Notes under the pieces: model-generated
Told to the model about the DNA's origin: nothing
Database searches by the model: none
What the model saw: the letters and a program-made list of their open reading frames with translations, nothing else
Origin: Candidatus Gastranaerophilales bacterium
GTDB lineage: Bacteria; Cyanobacteriota; Vampirovibrionia; Gastranaerophilales; Gastranaerophilaceae
Reading direction: 5' to 3'
Assembly (NCBI GenBank): GCA_944324825.1
Contig: CALUXU010000005.1
Coordinates: 66,264-130,263, forward strand
Length of the DNA: 64,000 bases
In this document: in pieces, positions 1 through 8,682 of the stretch
How positions within the stretch are numbered: position 1 is the stretch's first letter
Layout: each line of letters opens with the position of its first letter
Translations under genes and position numbers: made by a program

Positions 1-596
1 TCTTTATCAATAGGTGTAACCAGTATGACTAAATCTTCTTTGTTTATTTTGTCCCCTAGAATTGACGGCGGGTTTATAAATTCATCAGGCAAAATTTTTA
101 TGATTGATTCGACAAATTTATCGACGATATTTTTATCGTTAACGGATGATGTTTCAATAATGATATTGGTATAATCAAGCAGAATATTGTATTTGTCTGC
201 CGGAATTTGTTCAATATCGTATTTGTTGATAACAATTTGGTATGGTATGTTAAATTCTTTAAATTTGTCAATAAGAGTTATTTCGTAATCGGTTAAACCG
301 TTTGAGTCAATGATTAGTACTGCAACATCGCATCTTGGTATAACTTGCAGAGTTTTTTCCAGTCTTAATTCTCCAAGCTCGGTAGAGTCATCTATTCCGG
401 CGGTATCAAGAAAAGTTACCGGGCCAATAGGAAATAATTCTATTGATTTTTCAACAACATCAGTAGTTGTTCCGGCGACTTCTGACACGATAGAGATATC
501 TTGTTTGGTTATTGCGTTAAGAAAAGATGATTTTCCGACATTTGTTTTTCCAAAAATTCCAATATGTAATCTGAGTGATTTAGGTGTCTTAATCAT
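1..596 (-). CDS. hydF: [FeFe]-hydrogenase maturation GTPase HydF, N-terminal part (gene runs off the window start)
   Basis: Absent from the ORF track because no stop lies in the window. Minus strand from ATG (596-594) reads MIKTPKSLRLHIGIFGKTNVGKSSFLNAITKQDISIVSEVAGTTTDVVEKSIELFPIGPVTFLDTAGIDD...INKYD...DLVILVTPIDKE. It has a P-loop, DTAG and NKxD, and the layout matches HydF-type GTPases as I remember them. The + ORF 310..615 is its antisense shadow. Confidence 0.75.
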   Translation of the reverse strand, partial: MIKTPKSLRLHIGIFGKTNVGKSSFLNAITKQDISIVSEVAGTTTDVVEKSIELFPIGPVTFLDTAGIDDSTELGELRLEKTLQVIPRCDVAVLIIDSNGLTDYEITLIDKFKEFNIPYQIVINKYDIEQIPADKYNILLDYTNIIIETSSVNDKNIVDKFVESIIKILPDEFINPPSILGDKINKEDLVILVTPIDK

Positions 597-712
597 CGTT
601 TCAGCCTCTCTATAAAAGTATAATACAAAAAACTTGATTTTAAAAGTTGTTCATGATAAATTAAAACTTGCGTTAAGGCTAGCTGAAATGAATCCTTTTC
701 GCAAAGCAAAAT

Positions 713-786
<74 letters not shown>

Positions 787-790
787 GATT

Positions 791-821
791 AAAAAAGACA
801 GGTTTTAGGCCTGTCTTTTTT
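791..821 (+). terminator. Rho-independent terminator after tRNA-Ile
   Basis: AAAAGACAGG ... CCTGTCTTTT hairpin followed by a T run, immediately 3' of the tRNA. Confidence 0.8.
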
Positions 822-943
822 AATCTTTGTAGTAGGACGAGTAATAGGTTTCTGGGACATTGAGACGAGGAAAATTGAATAAAAAATCAAACAGACAGCA
901 CGATTGAGGCTGTTTTTTAGTATTGAGATGTAGGGGTCTTTTC

Positions 944-1038
944 GTCTTGGATTATTCGGGGTGTCGGAAAGTTCTCAGCTTCCCGACACCTTACGGGCTT
1001 GCTCGTCAAGCCTCACATCGCCCTACCGAAAATCCGCT
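944..1038 (+). repeat. P-module copy 1 (MITE-like hairpin element)
   Basis: GTCTTGGATTATTCGGGG - hairpin (GGTGTCGG...CCCGACACC) - TTACGGG ... CCCTACCGAAAATCCGCT. Related copies lie at 33061-33152 and 47342-47428. It is locally GC-rich in an AT-rich background. Confidence 0.7.
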
Positions 1039-1385
1039 GCACTTAAGTACTCTTTTCTTGCACTCTTTTGCACTCCATTTGCAAATTTTTAAAACCACAT
1101 TAGGCTCAAATCGCCTTGGTGTTTAAAGTTAAGCCCAGTGCAAGAGCGGCTTGTCGGCAGAGGGCTGAAGCGAAGCGTGCCCGTTTAACGCCGACAAACA
1201 AGAGAAGTGCAATAAAGTGCAATTTTATTTTTACTTGCAAATTGGGATACCCAAAATTATCAATGAGATTTAGATTTATTATTTTATTTCTATCATTCCG
1301 ACAGATTAAAAATTAACGAAATTATTATATGCTTCGTGACAACACTTAAATTAATCTACTAAAAATTTATGATAGTATTAATATT

Positions 1386-2429
1386 ATGAAAAACGAATTT
1401 ATTGAAAAATTTTATAACACAATTATTAGTGGCTTTGACAGTGATGAAATTCAAAAACAAAAATTTGAGGAAATAATTAAATCCGTAAAAGCAATAACTC
1501 CATCATCTTTATTTAGATATCGAAAAATTACTGATTATACTTTAAGTGATTTAGATAATGATATTATTTCTTTATCATATCCTAGTAGTTTTAATGATCC
1601 TTATGATTCTTTAATCAAAGCAGATAAACAAAAATTTATTGAAAATGTTTTAAATGTAAACAACAAAGACAAAATAATTAATTTAATAGAAAAAACTCCT
1701 GAAATTTTAAACAAATTAAATTTAAACAAAGAAAATAAAGAACAACTTGTTACATATATAAACAAGTTAAAGAGTGTACCAAATGAAGAAATTAAACAAT
1801 TATTACTATCGGCTCAAAATGTTATAGATTCTATATTTAATAGTGCTTGGAAAGATGTTTTTATTTATTTAAAATCAACTCCTCGTATAGCTTGTTTTTC
1901 TGAAGATGTTTCATCAAATGTCATGTGGGCACATTATGCTGATTCTCATAAAGGTTTTGTTATTGAATATAATTTTAATGATTATATTAATCTTTGTACC
2001 ACTTGTCAAAAGCAATGTCCCAACAGACATAATGAGTCACTATATCCAGTAAAATATTCAGACGAACGTTTTGATGTAACACCTTTATTAATTTATTCTG
2101 CAAATTTATTTTTAATGAAACAATTTTTAAAAGAAGGAACTGTATTATCTGATGATCAACTTGTTATTTATAAAGCATTACTAAGTAAATCAACAAATTG
2201 GAGTTATGAAAAAGAGTGGCGTTTAATTTCACTTAGTGACAATCCAAGATGTACAGAACAAATAAAATTAAAACCAAAAGCCATATATTTAGGGATTGAT
2301 ATTAGTTCAATAAATTCTAAGATTTTAAAATATCTTGCCAAGGAAAAAAACATTCCAGTATATCAAATGAATATTGATATTGAGTCAACAGATTATAAAA
2401 TGAATTACATCAAAATAGTTGAAACTTGA
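1386..2429 (+). CDS. Hypothetical protein, DUF2971-like
   Basis: 347-aa ORF. The block PRIACFSEDVSSNVMWAHYADSHKGFVIEYNF and the later WSYEKEWRLI resemble the DUF2971 family signature. This is recalled from memory, not searched. Confidence 0.6.
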   Translation: MKNEFIEKFYNTIISGFDSDEIQKQKFEEIIKSVKAITPSSLFRYRKITDYTLSDLDNDIISLSYPSSFNDPYDSLIKADKQKFIENVLNVNNKDKIINLIEKTPEILNKLNLNKENKEQLVTYINKLKSVPNEEIKQLLLSAQNVIDSIFNSAWKDVFIYLKSTPRIACFSEDVSSNVMWAHYADSHKGFVIEYNFNDYINLCTTCQKQCPNRHNESLYPVKYSDERFDVTPLLIYSANLFLMKQFLKEGTVLSDDQLVIYKALLSKSTNWSYEKEWRLISLSDNPRCTEQIKLKPKAIYLGIDISSINSKILKYLAKEKNIPVYQMNIDIESTDYKMNYIKIVET

Positions 2430-2530
2430 TAAATTATTCTTATATAAAAAGTTCTCAAATAAACACTTGACTTCTGTCTCAAAACGAGTGATGAATGTGT
2501 TGCACAAAGCATTACAAGGATTTTGAGATA

Positions 2531-4306
2531 ATGGAAAACCAAGTTGAGACAATCAAATACACCCCTGAGAAGGCAAAACAAAATGCTCTTGCAAAACTTG
2601 ATTTAATCCGCAAATGGCAGGAGTTTCGCCGTAAAGCTGTCAACAAACTTCAAGCAGACTATGATTTTGTCAAACTGCATAATAGTTCAGATTCTTACCT
2701 TTTCAATGTTTTAGGTAAAATCTCTCGAGGAAGCTTGCATCGTTGGAAAGCAAGTTTAGACGGAACAGAGGATTACACAAGGCTAATTCCTAATTACAAG
2801 TACGTTTCTGTGAACGAATACAGAACATGTCTAACGGATGAAGAAATCAAAATATTTATGGGCTTGCTCCTGCACCCGAATAGAATTTGTATCGGCAAAG
2901 CAATAGCACTTACAAAATATAAGCTCAAAGAGCAAGGTCAAAGTTTTATCCCTGCGGATATTACGTTTAGACGCTACGCAAAATGGTTTAAGGACAATAA
3001 TTACGACAAATGGGTGCTTGCTCGAGACGGCGAAAAAGCACTTTCAGACAAAGTTGAACCTTATATTAAAAGGGACGCTAGCCTGCTTGATGTCGGGGAT
3101 ATTTTAGTTGCAGACGGGCATAAACTGGCGTTTCAAGTGATTAATCCCTTTACGGGCAAGCCTTGTCGAGCAACTTTGGTCGGATTTTTAGACTGGAAAT
3201 CAACAGCACTGGTCGGGTATGAAATTATGCTTGAAGAAAACACCCAATGTATTGCAAGTGCCCTAAGAAACGCAATAATAAACCTTGATATGATACCTAA
3301 AATTGTCTATCAAGATAACGGCAGAGCATTTAGAGCAAAATACTTCACAGATGATAAAGGATTTGGAGAATTAGGCTTTTACGGGCTCTATGCAAAACTC
3401 GGGATTGAAACGGTATTTGCAAGACCATATAATGCAAGGTCAAAGGTTATTGAGAGGTTCTTCAAAGAATTTCAAGAAGGATTTGAAAAACTAATGCCAA
3501 GTTATGTCGGCTCATCAATTATCAACAAACCTGCGTACTTGAAACGAAACGAAATTTTTCATAAAAACTTACACCAAGATTATATCCCAACTATAGAAGA
3601 AACAATCAAAATGATTGATATGTGGCTTAAGTTTAAGAACTCTCAGCCCTGCACAAATGCACCGAATATGACAATCGCAGAGGTTTTAGAAAATCGAAAT
3701 AAACAGAATATTGATAAAAGCTTGCTTGACGATTTGATGTTGGCAACTGAAGTCAAAACAATTCAGCGAAACGGCGTAAGGTTCTTAAATTGTGACTATT
3801 TTGACGAAAGATTATACGGGTTAAGAGGAAAAGTTTTAGTAAAATACAACCTGTTTGATTTAACTAATGTGAAAGTTTTTACCCCGAAAGGTGAATATTT
3901 ATGCACAGCAGAGCGAGTAACCGAAACTCACCCGATGGCAAAGATTTTAGGAACAGTTGAGGATCTAGAGGATTACAAACAAAAAATCCAAAAACAACAA
4001 AAACTTAAACGGAAAACGATAAATTCGGTTAAAAAATTATTAACTGATGATGAAATAAAATTTTTAGAATGTCATTCTGAATTTATTTCAGAATCTGCAA
4101 CACCAGAGACCCTGAAACAAGTTCAGGGTGGCAATAAGTTCAAGCCTCGTTCAAATGGTGTTCAAAAAATAAACAACGGAGAAAAGTCTCTCCCGATTTT
4201 CAAAAACAATTCAGAAAAATATGAATATTTGATAAAACATAACCCAAGCGACACTTGGATTGCAGAATTTAAACAAACAAAGGAGTATAAACTGTTATAT
4301 GAATAG
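2531..4306 (+). CDS. DDE (rve-type) transposase, MuA/TnsB/TniA-like
   Basis: Candidate DDE triad VADGH / YQDNGRAF / VIERFFKEF. N-terminal HTH region, and a C-terminal barrel like the Mu transposase C domain (NGVRFLNCDYF...VLVKYNLFDLTNVKVF). Start moved from 2495 to ATG 2531 (MENQVE...), which has AAGGA upstream. Confidence 0.8.
   Translation: MENQVETIKYTPEKAKQNALAKLDLIRKWQEFRRKAVNKLQADYDFVKLHNSSDSYLFNVLGKISRGSLHRWKASLDGTEDYTRLIPNYKYVSVNEYRTCLTDEEIKIFMGLLLHPNRICIGKAIALTKYKLKEQGQSFIPADITFRRYAKWFKDNNYDKWVLARDGEKALSDKVEPYIKRDASLLDVGDILVADGHKLAFQVINPFTGKPCRATLVGFLDWKSTALVGYEIMLEENTQCIASALRNAIINLDMIPKIVYQDNGRAFRAKYFTDDKGFGELGFYGLYAKLGIETVFARPYNARSKVIERFFKEFQEGFEKLMPSYVGSSIINKPAYLKRNEIFHKNLHQDYIPTIEETIKMIDMWLKFKNSQPCTNAPNMTIAEVLENRNKQNIDKSLLDDLMLATEVKTIQRNGVRFLNCDYFDERLYGLRGKVLVKYNLFDLTNVKVFTPKGEYLCTAERVTETHPMAKILGTVEDLEDYKQKIQKQQKLKRKTINSVKKLLTDDEIKFLECHSEFISESATPETLKQVQGGNKFKPRSNGVQKINNGEKSLPIFKNNSEKYEYLIKHNPSDTWIAEFKQTKEYKLLYE
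4071..4130 (+). repeat. Two-hairpin repeat module lying in frame inside the transposase 3' region
   Basis: GTCATTCTGAATTTATTTCAGAATC + TGCAACACCAGAGACCCTGAAACAAGTTCAGGGTG. The same two-hairpin module, with covarying stem 1, occurs in non-coding DNA at 61133-61216. Confidence 0.65.
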
Positions 4307-4374
4307 CTGATTACAAGTAGTGGGTCTAAGGCGAAGCAGTACCCGTTTATTGCGAGCAACCAAGAAAGGATAAA

Positions 4375-5055
4375 ATGAAAAAAATCTTTATAAAAACTCG
4401 AAATGTAAGGAATTTTATAGGTTTAGTTGAAGCCCTAAAAAGCAAACCCAAAAACATTCCTAAAATGGGGCTTATATATGGCGAGCCGGGGCTTGGAAAA
4501 TCACAAACGGCACTTTGGCTAGCCTGCAAATATGACGGGATTTATATTCGAGCCTCAAACCTTATGACAAGCAGGTGGCTTGTTGAAGAAATTGTTAGAG
4601 AAATGGACGAACTCCCTCGGTATTTAACCTCGGACAACTTTAATGTCGTGATTAGCAAACTTATTCAAAAGCCCAAAATTATTTTTGTAGATGAAATCGA
4701 CTACTTGATGAACAATTACAAAAGTGTCGAAACCCTAAGAGATATCCACGATAAAACCGATTGTCCGATAGTCTTTGTCGGAATGAGCTTGGCTCTTAGA
4801 AAACTTGAAAGATACAAGCACCTGTATGATAGATTTAGCGAGATTGTAAAGTTTGAAACCTTTGAAATAGAAGATTTGAGTCAAATTTTTAACCAACTCT
4901 CTGAAATACCGTTTACCCCAGATTCGATAGAATATATCCACAAAAAATACAATAGGTTCAGACAAATAGTACAGCTTATAAGCAAACTTGAAACTATTGC
5001 AAAAGAAAATGGTCTAACAGAAATTACATTTGAAATTATAAAGGAACTCGTATGA
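4375..5055 (+). CDS. AAA+ transposition ATPase, MuB/TniB/TnsC-like
   Basis: Walker A GEPGLGKSQ and Walker B IIFVDEID. It lies directly downstream of the DDE transposase, the classical A-B gene order. Confidence 0.75.
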   Translation: MKKIFIKTRNVRNFIGLVEALKSKPKNIPKMGLIYGEPGLGKSQTALWLACKYDGIYIRASNLMTSRWLVEEIVREMDELPRYLTSDNFNVVISKLIQKPKIIFVDEIDYLMNNYKSVETLRDIHDKTDCPIVFVGMSLALRKLERYKHLYDRFSEIVKFETFEIEDLSQIFNQLSEIPFTPDSIEYIHKKYNRFRQIVQLISKLETIAKENGLTEITFEIIKELV

Positions 5056-5612
5056 ACATTGAAAAATTAGCTAAGAGATTAAAAGAATTTACCCTTGATG
5101 ATATTGAATTAATAGCAGAATGCGATTGCAAAACAAAACTTGAACAGCTTTTGAACAGCAATAAAATACTTTTTGAAAACGGAATTTATAAATACAATGA
5201 GGAAACGAAAACAGATGAAAATTATGAAATATTCAGCCCGCTAAAGAATAAACACCTAAAAATTAGTATAGAAGATGCAAAAGAATATTTTATGAAAAAT
5301 TATGTCGAAAAATACTGCAAATTCGAGACTTATAGAAACTATAACGCGATTTTTAATTTTAATATTATACCGTTTATAAACTGCTATTACCTGCACGAAA
5401 TTGATATTGAGTCGATAAAAGAACTTTTTAAAGTCTGCGAATTAAGACGCCTGAAACCCCGCAGAATTAAAAATACAATGGCTCTTCTAAACCAGCTGAT
5501 AAAATATTTCCAACACCTTGGAGTGATTGATAGAAGTTGCGTCTATCAGGTTAAAAAAGTACAAGACAAAAACCATTTTGGAATAGAAAACTTAATTTTT
5601 GAGGGATTTTAA
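5052..5612 (+). CDS. Hypothetical protein; C-terminal half resembles a tyrosine-recombinase core-binding (SAM-like) domain
   Basis: Start overlaps the stop of the ATPase gene (ATGA). The pattern ETYRNYNAIFNFNIIPF...LHEIDIESIKELF...RRIKNTMALLNQLIKYFQHLGVIDRS looks like an integrase N-terminal domain without a catalytic domain. This assignment is tentative. Confidence 0.5.
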   Translation: MNIEKLAKRLKEFTLDDIELIAECDCKTKLEQLLNSNKILFENGIYKYNEETKTDENYEIFSPLKNKHLKISIEDAKEYFMKNYVEKYCKFETYRNYNAIFNFNIIPFINCYYLHEIDIESIKELFKVCELRRLKPRRIKNTMALLNQLIKYFQHLGVIDRSCVYQVKKVQDKNHFGIENLIFEGF

Positions 5613-6010
5613 TGAGTAAAATGAAATTATTTAAACAAGCAGAGCAAATGTATTTAAAAGGCTCAACCGTTTGTGAAATCTCTTTAGAACTTGGGATTGC
5701 CAAAAGAACTTTGTTTTACTGGAAAAAGCAATATGATTGGGATAAAAAGCGAAAAGAATCCATGTATGATAGAGCACAATTCAAAGACGATTTGCAAAAG
5801 TTTGCCAAAAAACTAATGGAAAAAATCGCAAACAGTAATAAAACTAATAATCAGATAAACCAAGCAGAATACTATTCCCTTGTAAATATTTTGAACTTTC
5901 TCCCTGAACTGAAAGAAAACAATACTCAAACAGAAACACCCCAAATAAAAACAGAACTTTCTCCTGACTTCATCCGCCAAATCGAGTGTGAAATTTTAGG
6001 TATAGAATAA
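5612..6010 (+). CDS. Small HTH protein (terminase-small/gp27-like or transposase-HTH-like)
   Basis: Translationally coupled to the upstream gene (TAATG). HTH-like STVCEISLELGIAKRTLFYWKKQYDWDKKR. The family assignment is a guess. Confidence 0.5.
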   Translation: MSKMKLFKQAEQMYLKGSTVCEISLELGIAKRTLFYWKKQYDWDKKRKESMYDRAQFKDDLQKFAKKLMEKIANSNKTNNQINQAEYYSLVNILNFLPELKENNTQTETPQIKTELSPDFIRQIECEILGIE

Positions 6011-6017
6011 CTCCTGC

Positions 6018-6047
6018 AAATTTTTGTGCTATCCTTGTAGAAAAAGG
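6018..6047 (+). promoter_or_regulatory. Conserved upstream cassette (putative extended -10 promoter plus RBS) of the HNH gene
   Basis: AAATTTTTGTGCTATCCTTGTAGAAAAAGG, with TGC-TATCCT as a possible TGn-extended -10. It is nearly identical to 6751-6779 upstream of the Mrr gene. Confidence 0.45.
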
Positions 6048-6053
6048 TAAAAT

Positions 6054-6686
6054 ATGGAAGATAAGTTTTTACAATATATTCAATCAAGACCAAAATCCGC
6101 AAAGTCTGGTTCTAATTATGTTAGTGGAATAAATAGTATTTCTAAAAAATTCTTAGATCAAAATCTTTTTTCTATTACATCTCCTAAAATTGTTGAAAAA
6201 ATAATATTTGATTTAGAAAATAATGATAAATTCATGACCGAAAATTCAAAAGGGCATAATATGTACCTTCGTGCGATTAAGCATTATAAAAATTTTCTAT
6301 CTGAAAATCAAGATTTGAATAGAAATAAAATATCAAGTTTATCTGAAAAGCAAATTACAAATATGCCTTATTATGAAGGTAATACAATAGAAAGAACTAT
6401 TATACAAAAATCTAGAAATAGGAATATTGTTAAACAGGTCAAAGAAGGAGATAATTATACTTGCAAGGGATGTGGTTTTTATTTCTACAATAAAATTGTA
6501 GAGGTACATCATTTAATTCCTCTTTCTAATATGGATGGAGAAAAACAGATAAAAAAAGAGGACTTAATTACTCTTTGTCCAAATTGTCACGCAATAGCTC
6601 ATTTATTGTTAAATGAAGATGAAAAATACAAAAATCGTAAAATTTTAATTGATAAGTTGCAGGAAATTTATAAGTTAAATAAATAA
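6054..6686 (+). CDS. HNH endonuclease
   Basis: CKGCGFYF...VEVHHLIPLSNMDG...LITLCPNCHAIAH gives the CxxC...HH...CxxCH HNH/zinc motif. The N-terminal ~130 aa are of unknown function. Confidence 0.8.
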   Translation: MEDKFLQYIQSRPKSAKSGSNYVSGINSISKKFLDQNLFSITSPKIVEKIIFDLENNDKFMTENSKGHNMYLRAIKHYKNFLSENQDLNRNKISSLSEKQITNMPYYEGNTIERTIIQKSRNRNIVKQVKEGDNYTCKGCGFYFYNKIVEVHHLIPLSNMDGEKQIKKEDLITLCPNCHAIAHLLLNEDEKYKNRKILIDKLQEIYKLNK

Positions 6687-6750
6687 CTTTCTTTGTTAAA
6701 TATTGATACAACGATACGAAAAGAGATTTAGGTAGAGAATAAGTCTCCAT

Positions 6751-6779
6751 AAATTTTTGTGCTATGCTTAAGAAAAAGG
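6751..6779 (+). promoter_or_regulatory. Conserved upstream cassette (second copy) of the Mrr gene
   Basis: AAATTTTTGTGCTATGCTTAAGAAAAAGG. The first 15 nt are identical to 6018-6032, and it has the same position relative to the start codon. Confidence 0.45.
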
Positions 6780-6788
6780 AGTTTTTGA

Positions 6789-7682
6789 ATGGCAATACCT
6801 AAATATGATGAATTAATGATACCAGTTTTAGAAGTTTTATCCGATAAAAAAGAACATCGAATTACGGAAATTGTTGATATTTTAGCAAAGAAACTAAAAT
6901 TAACAAATGAAGAATTGGAGGAAAAAATTTCTAGTGGTAGTAATAAATTCGCAGGTAGAGTAGGTTGGGCTAGAACATATTTAAAAGCTGCTAAATTGAT
7001 AGATTCAACTAGAAGAGCCTATTTTGTTATTAATGAAAGAGGAGAAAAAGCCCTTCAAGATAAACCTAAAGATTTATTAAATTATCTAAAACAATATAAT
7101 GAATTTTTAGAATTTGTTAAACCTAACAAAGATGAAAAAAACTCTGATAAAAACATACAAGAAAGTAAAACTGATACTCCAGACGAAATGTTAGCACATG
7201 CTCAGGATATGTATAAAGAAAATCTACAAACAGAATTGCTAACAAGATTAAAACAAATTGACCCGGTAAGATTTGAACAAATAGTTCTTCAACTTATGGA
7301 AAAAATGAATTATGGTGTCGGTTCAATGACAAAAATGAGTCATGATGGTGGAGTAGACGGCATAATTGATGAAGATGAATTGGGATTAGAAAAAATCTAC
7401 CTGCAAGCTAAAAGATACTCAGACAATAAAGTTAATGAAAAAGAAATGCAAAATTTCGCAGGGGCTCTAGGCTGTTCTCCGGTAAGAAAAGGAGTATTTA
7501 TAACAACCAGCTTCTTTGATGAAAGAGCTAAAAAGAAAGCCGCATCTGTTCAAGGTAAAATTATACGATTAGTAGACGGTGAAGAATTAACAAAATTGAT
7601 GATTAGGCATAATTTAGGTGTACAAGTTAAAACTAAAATCGAAATCAAGAAGATTGATGAAGATTTCTTTAGTGAAGAATAA
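6789..7682 (+). CDS. mrr: Mrr-family (type IV, modification-dependent) restriction endonuclease
   Basis: N-terminal winged-helix region (IPKYDELMIPVLEVL...) followed by the Mrr catalytic signature HDGGVDGIIDEDELGLEKIYLQAKRY. Confidence 0.85.
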   Translation: MAIPKYDELMIPVLEVLSDKKEHRITEIVDILAKKLKLTNEELEEKISSGSNKFAGRVGWARTYLKAAKLIDSTRRAYFVINERGEKALQDKPKDLLNYLKQYNEFLEFVKPNKDEKNSDKNIQESKTDTPDEMLAHAQDMYKENLQTELLTRLKQIDPVRFEQIVLQLMEKMNYGVGSMTKMSHDGGVDGIIDEDELGLEKIYLQAKRYSDNKVNEKEMQNFAGALGCSPVRKGVFITTSFFDERAKKKAASVQGKIIRLVDGEELTKLMIRHNLGVQVKTKIEIKKIDEDFFSEE

Positions 7683-7706
7683 TTTTAAAAATATAGGTGT
7701 TACTAG

Positions 7707-8123
7707 ATGATTGAATTTTTTCATTCACAATTATTCGGAATAATATTGGGGGCTATATTAACTGGCGGTTTTTCTTTTTTAAGTTGTATATATAAAAGCG
7801 CTAGAGATGAAAAACTATATTTAAAACGAAAAAGAGAGTTATTGTATCAAAAAATGTATAATTTCTCAATGAGAATGGAACAAGATTTTAGAATAAAAAA
7901 TAAACCCATTTTGTCAAAAGCAACAAAAGATGTATGGAACGAAATCCAAGACGAAAGTATTTTTGGAAAACATGAAACAATGGAAACTTTTTATGATTTA
8001 TATGAAGATTTATATAATAGTTTTGAGTCTTGTTCAAATGAAATTGATCGACATTGTAAAAACAATGAATCAATTCTAAAGTTTTATGCACATATAAAAA
8101 ATGAACTTGGAATTAAAGATTGA
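7707..8123 (+). CDS. Hypothetical protein with one N-terminal TM helix
   Basis: 138-aa ORF. LFGIILGAILTGGFSFLSCIY is followed by a charged helical region. It lies immediately downstream of mrr. Confidence 0.5.
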   Translation: MIEFFHSQLFGIILGAILTGGFSFLSCIYKSARDEKLYLKRKRELLYQKMYNFSMRMEQDFRIKNKPILSKATKDVWNEIQDESIFGKHETMETFYDLYEDLYNSFESCSNEIDRHCKNNESILKFYAHIKNELGIKD

Positions 8124-8145
8124 TAGTGGTTATAGTAATTTACTT

Positions 8146-8328
8146 TTAATATACTTCGATATTATTAAGCTCTATATTGTATCTTTTTCCATACTTATCA
8201 ACGCAAGTCGCATAATCTATCTCTGCATCGGCGAACTTGTTTTTCCAAATACAAATCAGCAATCCGATTTCTTGTGTTTTTAAATTCAAAACCTTTGTGC
8301 CATAAAGTGCATAGTCTTTTTCTGTCAT
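8146..8328 (-). CDS. Hypothetical small protein (60 aa)
   Basis: ORF whose ATG overlaps the stop of the upstream 71-aa ORF (TAATG), giving a two-gene mini-operon. Confidence 0.4.
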   Translation of the reverse strand: MTEKDYALYGTKVLNLKTQEIGLLICIWKNKFADAEIDYATCVDKYGKRYNIELNNIEVY

Positions 8329-8543
8329 TATTCTTTCCTTTCAAACATCAAGTCTGAATAGATATCATCAGGCTTTTGTGGGGCTATTAAAAACTCTTTC
8401 ATAAATACAAACCTTTCTCCGCAAGTGTTTTCACAAATTACAGTGTCGAAATTGTAGAAGCAAATTACTTTGTAATACTCATTATCAGAGCTCTTAAAAC
8501 CTTTAATCTTTTTAAGCTTGTATTTTTTGCCTAATTCAATCAT
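8328..8543 (-). CDS. Hypothetical small protein (71 aa)
   Basis: ORF with GAGG upstream (AAGAGGTAACAATG), translationally coupled to 8146..8328. Confidence 0.45.
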   Translation of the reverse strand: MIELGKKYKLKKIKGFKSSDNEYYKVICFYNFDTVICENTCGERFVFMKEFLIAPQKPDDIYSDLMFERKE

Positions 8544-8682
8544 TGTTACCTCTTATCAGCAATGACATTCATCACTCTAAACCCTTTAAATATCAAGCAA
8601 ACTATTGCAAAATGTATCATTCAGACACAATTCATCTTTCGAACACTATTTAAACGTTAATAAAACAGGTTTTAAATGCCAC

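Noticed and set aside
310-615. Plus-strand 101-aa ORF
   Set aside because: It is the antisense shadow of the HydF-like GTPase gene, which reads convincingly on the minus strand (P-loop, DTAG, NKxD).
923-1316. ORFs 923..1126 and 1116..1316
   Set aside because: They run through the GC-rich P-module and a hairpin module. They have no RBS, and their composition is that of repeat DNA.
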